The position numbers were made by a program, and so were the translations under genes. A stretch of DNA of 32,000 bases, taken from Nitrososphaerota archaeon (GTDB lineage Archaea; Thermoproteota; Nitrososphaeria; Nitrososphaerales; UBA57). The DNA lies in contig VHBL01000004.1 in assembly GCA_016871995.1 (NCBI GenBank), positions 1 through 32,000 on the forward strand, given 5' to 3'. Each line of letters opens with the position of its first letter. Position 1 is the first letter of the stretch. The notes below the pieces were generated by a model. The model did not search any database. It had not been told where the DNA came from and saw nothing but the letters and a program-made list of their open reading frames with translations. Positions 1 to 6,751 of the stretch are shown here, piece by piece.

Positions 1-2
1 CT

Positions 3-239
3 CTCATTGGAGACTGGATCGTAACACAGTGGCACTACAACAAGGATGGCGACGAGATAGCACTAAAGCCCTTGATGGTTACATTTAGAGACTTTTCAGA
101 AGTGCTATGTCGATTTTACGGCAAACCGACCCCAGATCATAAGTACATCCCTAGGTTTGAGAAGCAGGTTTCCCCGCAGAGAAGTCTAAGCGAGCTAGCA
201 GCAACTTCATTGAGGGATCGTGATGAAAGGGTTAGGTAA
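3..239 (+). CDS. C-terminal fragment of an unidentified ORF entering from the left window edge
   Basis: Frame 3 is open from base 3 to TAA at 237-239 (..VTFRDFSEVLCRFYGKPTPDHKYIPRFEK..). No recognisable motif. The stop overlaps the next ORF. Confidence 0.3.
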   Translation, partial: LIGDWIVTQWHYNKDGDEIALKPLMVTFRDFSEVLCRFYGKPTPDHKYIPRFEKQVSPQRSLSELAATSLRDRDERVR

Positions 240-468
240 GGATGGAACTAACATAGAAAAGGTCTGCCCAACCTGTGGAGTACGAGGAATGGGAGCTTAT
301 CTTAAAGCCATACCACGCAAGTCGAAGTCTGGGCTAAGAGTTCATCATTACTACTACTTCGCCCACTATGTCAAAGGCAATAAATTAGATTGGTGTTATG
401 TAGGCAAGACCTTACCTAACCAGACAGATGGCAATTCCCCAATAGCTACCACGGGATATGACGATTAA
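220..468 (+). CDS. Small zinc-ribbon-like protein (CPxCG) of unknown function
   Basis: 82-aa ORF with GTG at 220 and ATG at 223. It has a CPTCG knuckle followed by an aromatic beta-hairpin-like stretch, HHYYYFAHYVKGNKLDWCYVGK, a pattern seen in small proteins of integrative elements. This rests on recall only. Confidence 0.35.
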   Translation: MMKGLGKDGTNIEKVCPTCGVRGMGAYLKAIPRKSKSGLRVHHYYYFAHYVKGNKLDWCYVGKTLPNQTDGNSPIATTGYDD

Positions 469-516
469 TCTGTTGCAAAGTCAGTTAGGTAAGGAATGTT
501 TCGGCCACAAGCGGAC

Positions 517-819
517 TTAGTCTACGATCTTAATGAGATAGACCGGCTTGTCACCCTCTTCGTACCATGAATATCTCGAGATCTGCACCGCTCGTATCCC
601 TGCATCGAAAAAATAAGAGTAAGCTTCTTTGTCGCTAGTAAGTAGGTCGCAGCTATGCTCTTTGCAATATAGTCCAAGACTCGCGTCACTAGTCCTTTGG
701 GGCAGACTAGGCATCACTCCGACCTCTTCTATCGAAGAATAGTCTCTTTTGAGTTTCTCCTGATTATTTCTTCCCCAACCGGTGAGGTCTTTGTCTATCA
801 CAACCTTGGTTGCGTTCAA
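517..819 (-). CDS. PIN-like (DUF5615-like) putative nuclease/toxin domain protein
   Basis: 100 aa with a TTG start. It has an N-terminal VVIDKDL acidic strand and an LLTSDKEA motif typical of small PIN-like/Mut7-C-like domains. Assignment is by motif only. Confidence 0.4.
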   Translation of the reverse strand: MNATKVVIDKDLTGWGRNNQEKLKRDYSSIEEVGVMPSLPQRTSDASLGLYCKEHSCDLLTSDKEAYSYFFDAGIRAVQISRYSWYEEGDKPVYLIKIVD

Positions 820-911
820 TAGTCCTGACGATTAGTTTTGATATTTATGCACTAATATTCTGGAATTCGTTGCATCTCTTGTCATAGGTATTACTGTTAA
901 CATTGACAAAG

Positions 912-1490
912 TTAAGAAACTAACATACGAATGCCAAATCGCTTTTCCCATGTGCCTAATTCTTTCTTTATTTCTGAATAAGTTTTCCAGTAACTCTCTC
1001 TGTATCCCTTGGTAAAATATACCATTTGAACCATCTCTGCTTTCTTGTAGATGTCCTTGAGTTCAGTAAGCACTTGTCTATCCTTGACAAACCATTCCTC
1101 TGGAAGCTCTTTGGCCCATTTCCTAAATTTCTGATTGTCTTGTGTTCTTTTCTTCTCATTAGAATAGGCTATTTTGACTTCTGCCACGAGCAACGGATAC
1201 CAGTCATCTGCATTCTCCTCCTCTTCTTTATTTCTATCCTGTATTACTAAATCAGGAAAACGATTACCTCCCTTTAGTTTTAGTTTTACTTCAGTATAGA
1301 TTTCATCTGGGCGAAGACCCGCAACGATCAGATAATGATAGAGGAGCGATTTTATATCACGCTCAGTTTCGGGATAAAAGATTCCATTATTTTCATCTTG
1401 TTGAATCCTTTCCCAAGAACTCTGCAAACATTTCCAAGCACTTATTGGATCTCGTTTCGGCTGGTTCTCAACCGTTAAAAAGCGGGACAA
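912..1490 (-). CDS. PD-(D/E)xK (restriction-endonuclease-fold) like protein
   Basis: 192 aa. It shows ETERDIKSLLYHYL (helix with Glu), then RFPDLVI (the D of the PD motif), then LLVAEVKI (ExK), in the canonical order and spacing. Confidence 0.45.
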   Translation of the reverse strand: MSRFLTVENQPKRDPISAWKCLQSSWERIQQDENNGIFYPETERDIKSLLYHYLIVAGLRPDEIYTEVKLKLKGGNRFPDLVIQDRNKEEEENADDWYPLLVAEVKIAYSNEKKRTQDNQKFRKWAKELPEEWFVKDRQVLTELKDIYKKAEMVQMVYFTKGYRESYWKTYSEIKKELGTWEKRFGIRMLVS

Positions 1491-1535
1491 GTACTAATGG
1501 TACCGTATACTGCCTACTTATTCCTTCAGAATATC

Positions 1536-1604
1536 CATCACCCCAAGTTACCACTTCATCACCCGAATTTACCAGCTATCCAGTTTCACCCTATGAATTA
1601 CCAG
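1536..1604. repeat. Three imperfect direct repeats (iteron-like), TCACCC-N4/6-TTACCA(G/C)
   Basis: Unit 1 is catcaccccaagttaccac (1536-1554). Unit 2 is catcacccgaatttaccag (1557-1575), 16/19 identical with a 21-bp period. Unit 3 is tttcaccctatgaattaccag (1584-1604), with a spacer 2 nt longer. Confidence 0.6.
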
Positions 1605-1624
1605 TGTCATTTCAAACGAGTCGT

Positions 1625-2890
1625 TTACTTGCTAAGAGCCTTCCCAGCTAGCTTTCTAACTAGACCCTTGAGTTCCCCTATTTGATTTTGCATTTTGGCC
1701 AAACCTTCCTTGAGTTCCACTTCACCCTCCTCAAGTTCTGCCAATTTTCTGTTCACATCCTCCGAGTCTGAACCCTGTTGGAAGCTGGGCTGTGTCAGTA
1801 CATTGATGAAGTGGGACATCTTCATGTATTGCTCCCTAAGATGATCGGGGAAGTTCCAAGGGCTCTTATCATATCCAAACTTGTCAATACTATGGCCCAA
1901 GAAAAAGTCAGCCACTGGAGTATCGACTCCGCAGACTCTCGCTAAGGATTTCAGCAAGTCTCGAACTTCATGGCTATGGAAAGCATAACGTCTTGATGCA
2001 CCTTTGAACCTCTCCGCCTTTTCGTTAGGCCTTATGATAATACCAGCTTCGACTCCGACGTCTCTGAATATCTTTGAGACCAAGTATGCCCTCAATGGTT
2101 GGCCATTCTTTACAATGAATATCGCATCGCTTTTAGGTAGCTCGTTAGGTTTTTGGTTTAGTCTTATGGTTAGCTTTTTCCCTGTCAAACTTTGTCTTAC
2201 ATTCAGCCAATCCTTCAATGCCTCCACAGCGTCTCTGTCGATGAACGAATAGTATCGATGCTTAGTTTTCGGCCTGACCAGATCGATTCTAATAGGACAT
2301 TTATCAAGAGCCCACAATGTGTGATCCTCAGAACCAAATTGTTTTACCATCTGAGGATATGCAACATAGTTGAACACATCGGCCAGAGTCGAATCATCCA
2401 TTCCACTCTGCATCATGCAAAGTATGATGGCCCTATCTCTAACCGAACAGCCTTTATGCGATACTGCCTTTCTAATGTGGTCAAGCATTATGCTTCCCTG
2501 CTCCCTAGTGACAACAGAATTATCATCATTGAACCTTAAGGGCTCCCTAAGCAGGTGCACTCTATTATGCGTGTAGAACGATCTTATCGAAGCATAGATT
2601 CTTTCCCTTGCACTCTTCCTTAAACTACCGAGTGTATCACCCTCAACAAATCCCTTGATCATATCAAGATGCTCAATTAGGGTATGATTATTTCCGTCGA
2701 TGCAATTTTCGATAAGCTGATCTGGCGTCTTCCTGATACCAATTTTCGTAAGATACTCCAAGTACCTTGCAAGATGATAGAGACCCGTTCTCCTTCCCGT
2801 ACCTTCTTTCAGACCTTTACTCCATCTCTTGACTGTTTCATATTCCAGAAGCCACTCGTAACGTTTAGCCAGAAGAAGGTAAGCCATCAC
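1625..2890 (-). CDS. int: Tyrosine recombinase / phage-type integrase with a C-terminal coiled-coil
   Basis: 421 aa. Catalytic-type residues occur in order: SVRDRAII (Arg), FHSHEVRDL (HxxR), FLGHS (His), FGYDK (Tyr). The likely true start is ATG at 2887. It lies adjacent to a tRNA gene. Confidence 0.85.
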   Translation of the reverse strand: MMAYLLLAKRYEWLLEYETVKRWSKGLKEGTGRRTGLYHLARYLEYLTKIGIRKTPDQLIENCIDGNNHTLIEHLDMIKGFVEGDTLGSLRKSARERIYASIRSFYTHNRVHLLREPLRFNDDNSVVTREQGSIMLDHIRKAVSHKGCSVRDRAIILCMMQSGMDDSTLADVFNYVAYPQMVKQFGSEDHTLWALDKCPIRIDLVRPKTKHRYYSFIDRDAVEALKDWLNVRQSLTGKKLTIRLNQKPNELPKSDAIFIVKNGQPLRAYLVSKIFRDVGVEAGIIIRPNEKAERFKGASRRYAFHSHEVRDLLKSLARVCGVDTPVADFFLGHSIDKFGYDKSPWNFPDHLREQYMKMSHFINVLTQPSFQQGSDSEDVNRKLAELEEGEVELKEGLAKMQNQIGELKGLVRKLAGKALSK

Positions 2891-2910
2891 CTTAGGGTAG
2901 GAATCACGCT

Positions 2911-2918
2911 AAATAAAA
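2911..2918 (-). promoter_or_regulatory. Putative TATA box for the integrase gene (leaderless transcript)
   Basis: The minus strand reads TTTTATTT about 24 nt upstream of the ATG at 2887, between the tRNA 3' end and int. Confidence 0.35.
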
Positions 2919-2965
2919 CTAGATGATTGGTAGCCCCGCCCAGATTCGAACTGGGGTCACCAGGT

Positions 2966-2981
2966 ATCTTTTCCAGAGGAT
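2966..2981 (-). other. tRNA-Gln intron 3 (16 nt, canonical 37/38 position)
   Basis: hBHBh' motif. Anticodon stem; helix CUCU/AAAG with one C.A mismatch; bulges GGA and AUA; inner helix UCC/GGA. Confidence 0.65.
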
Positions 2982-2997
2982 CCAGAGCCTGGTATCC

Positions 2998-3015
2998 ATA
3001 GCCCAACCCTGATGA
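2998..3015 (-). other. tRNA-Gln intron 2 (18 nt, D-loop/D-stem junction, about 21/22)
   Basis: BHB-like. Helix GGCC/GGCU, bulges AAU and AUG, short inner helix CA/UG. Removal joins ..GGCCAA to GGAU. Confidence 0.55.
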
Positions 3016-3027
3016 TTGGCCGCTAGA

Positions 3028-3046
3028 CTCCGCGAGCTTGTGCTCT
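3028..3046 (-). other. tRNA-Gln intron 1 (19 nt, at about position 10/11)
   Basis: BHB-like. Central helix CCGU/GCGG, 3-nt bulges CGA and AGU, inner hairpin GAGC-ACAA-GCUC. Cleavage after the second bulge nucleotide restores G10-U11. Confidence 0.6.
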
Positions 3047-3124
3047 CGACGGGGCTGCGTCGGGGCTGAACCATGCTTCCTAATTCTCGAGTTTTTTAGT
3101 GTTTCAGGTGCCAGCCTTGGGATA

Positions 3125-4069
3125 TTATGGAAGTCCTACCTGTCTGAACTTTTCAGTATAAACATCAATCTTTCTTACGTCCTCTTCAGTAGGGAAGAAT
3201 GTAATTCCATCTACAGGAACTTGTGCGCCATATTTCATCTTGGTATTCGGTTTTGCAGGTATCAGACCTTCATAATCTGTCCCCATCTTTCTTTGCCAGT
3301 CCTCTGACAGCAGATAGTTGTAGAACATCTCTGCAGCGACTGGATGCTCTGCATTTTCAAGTATGGCAATGCTTCTCTGCATCGCAAGGTTAGGAACATC
3401 CCTGATATTCAGCGTATTCACAGACCATCCTACTTTGATCAAGGGCAAAGGCAGCCCAATACCATAATCTCCCCTCGCTATGTACTTGTGAAGGTTATGA
3501 TAGCATGGGTATGACTTTGGCTTTACATTATTGACATAGTCCTTCATTATTCTCTCCCATTTTCTTTCGCCAAAAATATTGAGCAAAGCTGCAAAGTAGT
3601 AGAAACTGTACAACCCATCAGCTCTGTCAACTACAGACTGCATGGCCACTCTCCCTTTTAGCTTAGGGTCTGCTAAATCTGTCCAGTTTGAAGGTACTTC
3701 GTCAGGTTTGATCAAATTTGGATTATAGACCGATCTCGTAGGTTCGATTGCTATCCCAGCCCACTGGTTGTCTTCGTCCCTGAATTGAGAAGGGTATGCG
3801 TCAAGAAGGTCCGAGTGATACCTTTTAAGAAGGCCCATCTCCTTAAGGTGCAATATTGCATAGTGTGGGTGTATTACAACATCGGCAGTCTGCATATTAT
3901 GTTTGACCTCCTGTTCTATCTTGGTTATTGTCGGACCTGGATGATTCCCGTAGTAGGTCATATTGATGTCGTATTCGGGATATTTTCTTCTGAAACTTCT
4001 AAGAATGTTGAAGAAGGTGCTGTGGAATGGTCCATAAACTATCAGTTCTCGTTCAGGTTCCTTACCCAC
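3125..4069 (-). CDS. Periplasmic-binding-protein fold (ABC-type Fe3+/polyamine-family solute-binding protein-like), with no signal peptide
   Basis: 314 aa. The ELIVYGP.. start of the mature-type domain and the NWTDLADPKLKGRVAM and LPLPLIKVGW segments are typical of family-1 SBPs. GTG start, with a stop only 8 codons upstream and no hydrophobic leader. No permease or ATPase gene nearby. Confidence 0.55.
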   Translation of the reverse strand: MGKEPERELIVYGPFHSTFFNILRSFRRKYPEYDINMTYYGNHPGPTITKIEQEVKHNMQTADVVIHPHYAILHLKEMGLLKRYHSDLLDAYPSQFRDEDNQWAGIAIEPTRSVYNPNLIKPDEVPSNWTDLADPKLKGRVAMQSVVDRADGLYSFYYFAALLNIFGERKWERIMKDYVNNVKPKSYPCYHNLHKYIARGDYGIGLPLPLIKVGWSVNTLNIRDVPNLAMQRSIAILENAEHPVAAEMFYNYLLSEDWQRKMGTDYEGLIPAKPNTKMKYGAQVPVDGITFFPTEEDVRKIDVYTEKFRQVGLP

Positions 4070-4185
4070 TCTGCTCTTTGTTTTCTGGGATCAACTTAAG
4101 TGTTATAGCAGAATGATCCTTATATCCTAACATGTAAGGGACATCTAGCATTGCGCTGACAGATTTAGTCATGAAAGAAATTTAG

Positions 4186-4260
4186 TGGGCCGGGGCGGAT
4201 TTGAACCACCGACCTTCGCTGTGTGAGAGCGACGTCCTAACCGAGCTAGACGACCGGCCC
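4186..4260 (-). tRNA. tRNA-Val (anticodon CAC), intron-less, no encoded CCA
   Basis: 75-nt cloverleaf. GGGCCGG-UC-GUCU-AGCUCGGUUA-GGAC-G-UCGCU-CUCACAC-AGCGA-AGGUC-GGUGG-UUCAAAU-CCGCC-CCGGCCC-A. Confidence 0.9.
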
Positions 4261-4298
4261 AAAGTATCCGCACTCGCACAGCACCTTAAGGACGAATA

Positions 4299-4940
4299 TT
4301 AGTCCTCTCTGCTCCAGCATTTCTGACTATACTTGCAATAAGAGCACTTCCATACAAGGTTCAAGTCCTTCTTGACATGTGGTGCAGCAAATGGGTTCTT
4401 TGAAGTTACCGCATCGTTGAATAGTCTCGCTTTATTTTCAATTTCTTTCTTTACCTCTGCAAGTTCAGCATCGTTCAGAGTAACAGTCCTGAACCTGAAA
4501 GGCCTACCGCGATCGTTGACCATAAGATAGAGCAAGATTCCCACATTGGAATTTGTCATAGCCATATAGTACTTCAGTTGAGTAACGTGGAAGGGTCTTA
4601 CTGAATCATCCTCAGACCTTACAGTCTTGATTTCTATTGGAACTCCATCAAAAAGGTCTATGGTGCCAATTACCCCATGGACGGTAATCTCCTTCTCCGC
4701 AATAGCAGAGCCCTTCTCTGCAAGCCTCTGCAGGGCAACGTGTGCGCCTTCACCCAGAGCATAAGAAGCCAAGTCCCTTTCATCAATGGCCTTCGGTTCC
4801 AATTTCCTGAAAACTTGCTCTCTTATGCACAGTATCAAATCAGAAACGTGTGTGCCCCCTCTTTCCTGCGCATACTCTTCCTCCAATAATTTCAGCAGTT
4901 TTTCCCTATATGGAGAACCTTCTTCTATGATCAACTGCAA
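4299..4940 (-). CDS. Cas4-like / RecB-family PD-(D/E)xK nuclease with a four-Cys (Fe-S type) signature
   Basis: 213 aa. N-terminal Cys (DLILCIREQ), IDLFDG..PIEIKT (D..ExK), TQLKYY (QxxxY) and a C-terminal CSYCKYSQKC cluster. This is the arrangement of Cas4/DUF83-type nucleases. TTG start. Confidence 0.7.
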   Translation of the reverse strand: MQLIIEEGSPYREKLLKLLEEEYAQERGGTHVSDLILCIREQVFRKLEPKAIDERDLASYALGEGAHVALQRLAEKGSAIAEKEITVHGVIGTIDLFDGVPIEIKTVRSEDDSVRPFHVTQLKYYMAMTNSNVGILLYLMVNDRGRPFRFRTVTLNDAELAEVKKEIENKARLFNDAVTSKNPFAAPHVKKDLNLVWKCSYCKYSQKCWSRED

Positions 4941-5040
4941 GCGATTGGGATTGATTGCTATTGAATCTTGCTCTAGAGCAGATTCTGTTACTTATTTGCA
5001 AGGGCAAAAAAATAAGCCCGTTGAGATAATTTGGTATCAT

Positions 5041-5976
5041 CTATTGGGAAAGGGTATAGGGTTTTGTAGCATAGGCTTGGTTGACTAAATCGTCAATGTC
5101 CGCTTGAATACCAGTTATCTCATCTTCGTTATTACTTTCAGCAATCTTATGTGCTTTTTTAGATATCTGAGCCAAGTCATTATGAATTCTATTATTATGA
5201 TCGAACTTATCGAGCCTTAACTTGGTTAATATTTCCTTGGAAATACCCGACTTCCCACCTCCGGTTAGTGTGAATAGAGTGTCCTTGACAAGTGAGGAAT
5301 TCAGAATAGCGCAAACATAATGTGCTTCATCTTCTTTATCTATCGGGATAAAATACAAAACATGTTCTGGCAAAACCAACTTCTTTCCGAGTATCTTATC
5401 TTCAACAGAAGAAATAACTGAAAAATCAGGGTAGAATCCCATTCCTTGCCAAACAACTTTATACTTGGAATCCCAGTCGCCTAGGCCGTACACTGAATAA
5501 AATGGATCTTTTGCAAAGACTTTAGATTTCCTTTGCAGAAACTCTTTTCTAAAATCATTTAGCCAAGACCAAGTCCTTGGGTAATTTAGTTTCATTTCTT
5601 CTTCATTTTTCTCAGTGGGATTTGATTGGGGTAAAATACAGTAGGTATACCGGTTGTCGCCCGTTCCCCTCATTTTCCATCGGTGCGCATGGCGAGACAT
5701 TATCAACGGGAAAACCCTGCCTTTTTCTATATCTTTTGCTTTCCCTTGCGCATTTTTTATTTGGATAAGTTCACCTTTGTCTATTACTATTGAAAGGTCA
5801 AAGAGAGCATCCTTAAGACCAAAGTAGACTCCTGCCCTAACATTATAATCAAATTTCCCAAACGCAGTAAGGCTTCTCTTGCCGTGAAATATGGCCCAAG
5901 TAGAACACGTGTCACCCTGATCAGACGGTTCAGCCCTATATTCTACTAGCTCATGGGTTCTTTTTGCTGAGAACAA
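5041..5976 (-). CDS. TaqI/Eco57I-type C-terminal target-recognition-domain protein (second piece of a split methylase-like gene)
   Basis: 311 aa. The RAGVYFGLKDALF, VFPLI..R..RW, NYPRTWSWLNDFRKEFLQRK, KVVWQGMGF and AHYVCAILNSSLV segments match the usual TRD layout of gamma-class N6-adenine MTases. TTG start, with the frame open only 7 codons upstream. Confidence 0.55.
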   Translation of the reverse strand: MFSAKRTHELVEYRAEPSDQGDTCSTWAIFHGKRSLTAFGKFDYNVRAGVYFGLKDALFDLSIVIDKGELIQIKNAQGKAKDIEKGRVFPLIMSRHAHRWKMRGTGDNRYTYCILPQSNPTEKNEEEMKLNYPRTWSWLNDFRKEFLQRKSKVFAKDPFYSVYGLGDWDSKYKVVWQGMGFYPDFSVISSVEDKILGKKLVLPEHVLYFIPIDKEDEAHYVCAILNSSLVKDTLFTLTGGGKSGISKEILTKLRLDKFDHNNRIHNDLAQISKKAHKIAESNNEDEITGIQADIDDLVNQAYATKPYTLSQ

Positions 5977-6751
5977 GGAGTTGACTATATAGATGGCCTA
6001 GCTGCCGTTGGTCCGCATCCTCAAAATCGAATTTGCGATCTAACTCCTTTGCCATTCTGCTTTGATCTATACTTCGCTCCAGACATTGCTTCAAAAAGTG
6101 CATCACTTGCGTGATCCGACTTTTCACATGTTGGGGGATACTAAAAACCCCTTTCGTGGTTTTTATGTGGTAAACATTAGTTTCATCTGTCAACTTTGTC
6201 TGGGCAGCGAGCTCGGGTAAGACTATGGAGTCAGTGAGATAAACTGGTATCGTGAAGGTCGTCCTCTGGAAGTTGAAACGAGTAAGAGAGATAAGGTAAT
6301 TCGTTCTGGCGGTCAGAACGGCAACTGGATTTATATCAAAGCCAACCACATTATTTGTAATGTATTTAATCAGCTCCTCCTTCTTTGCAGAACGCCGATT
6401 TCTCTCATAGACTTTGTTGAGAATAGAAATCAGAAATGTCCCAGAACCACACGCCGGATCAATAACTCTCTTCGAAACTTCTCCATCAAAGCCACTCATT
6501 TTAGTAATGTACTCAGCAAGCCAGTCGGGTGTATAGAACTCTCCCAAGTCATGTCTTAGTTGTTTTGGAAATACTTCTTGATAGAAATTCTTGAGATAAT
6601 CAACTACTTCATCAGGCTTGGTGGCAAATTCCGCTGTATCAAAATCTCCTAAAGCCTTTATGATGGTCAAGACAAGCTGTCTGACTTCTGCATCCCAAAT
6701 ATCGAGGTACCAAGAAAGGAAAGTTCCCTCAATGAAATTTTCTACACCCAA
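5951..6751 (-). CDS. N6-adenine DNA methylase-like N-terminal piece (SAM-binding motifs present, no NPPY)
   Basis: 266 aa. GEFYTP (motif X), VIDPACGSGTFL (motif I), GFDINPVAVLTARTNY (motif II/III region), LTDSI. No (D/N/S)PP(Y/F/W) anywhere. TTG start with a stop 13 codons upstream. Its 3' end overlaps the next ORF by 26 nt in another frame. Confidence 0.6.
   Translation of the reverse strand: MGVENFIEGTFLSWYLDIWDAEVRQLVLTIIKALGDFDTAEFATKPDEVVDYLKNFYQEVFPKQLRHDLGEFYTPDWLAEYITKMSGFDGEVSKRVIDPACGSGTFLISILNKVYERNRRSAKKEELIKYITNNVVGFDINPVAVLTARTNYLISLTRFNFQRTTFTIPVYLTDSIVLPELAAQTKLTDETNVYHIKTTKGVFSIPQHVKSRITQVMHFLKQCLERSIDQSRMAKELDRKFDFEDADQRQLGHLYSQLLVLSKKNP

Larger units (their letters stand above)
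1..2927. mobile_element. Right-hand part of a putative integrated element. The intact integrase sits next to the tRNA-Gln 3' end and the left boundary is not in the window.
   Basis: A tyrosine recombinase gene starts 38-41 nt from the 3' end of tRNA-Gln and points away from it. The co-directional cargo genes have no housekeeping signature. No second copy of the tRNA 3' segment was seen in 1-2900. Confidence 0.5.
2928..3056 (-). tRNA. tRNA-Gln (anticodon CUG) with three predicted introns and an encoded CCA
   Basis: The exons assemble into a 73-nt cloverleaf. Acceptor: AGCCCCG/CGGGGCU, with A1:U72 and A73. D arm: GUCU-AGCGGCCAA-GGAU. Anticodon arm: CCAGG-CUCUGGA-CCUGG. Variable loop: UGAC. T arm: CCCAG-UUCGAAU-CUGGG. 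Anticodon at 2983-2985. Confidence 0.8.

Noticed and set aside
126-136. gaccccag 8-mer matching part of the tRNA-Gln T arm, as a possible distal att site
   Set aside because: Only 8 nt match. It is in the wrong orientation for a direct repeat and lies inside an ORF, which is consistent with chance.
3061-3067. Upstream second AGCCCCG as the true tRNA-Gln 5' end
   Set aside because: Using it would add 11 nt with no pairing role. The proximal copy (3050-3056) gives a BHB-compatible intron 1 and a standard 7-bp acceptor stem.
517-6751. Non-ATG starts of all island genes as evidence that the whole island is pseudogenised
   Set aside because: S12, L1 and P0 in the core also must start at TTG. Non-ATG initiation is therefore normal here and not evidence of decay on its own. 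Only the methylase-like gene and the SBP-like gene have independent signs of truncation.
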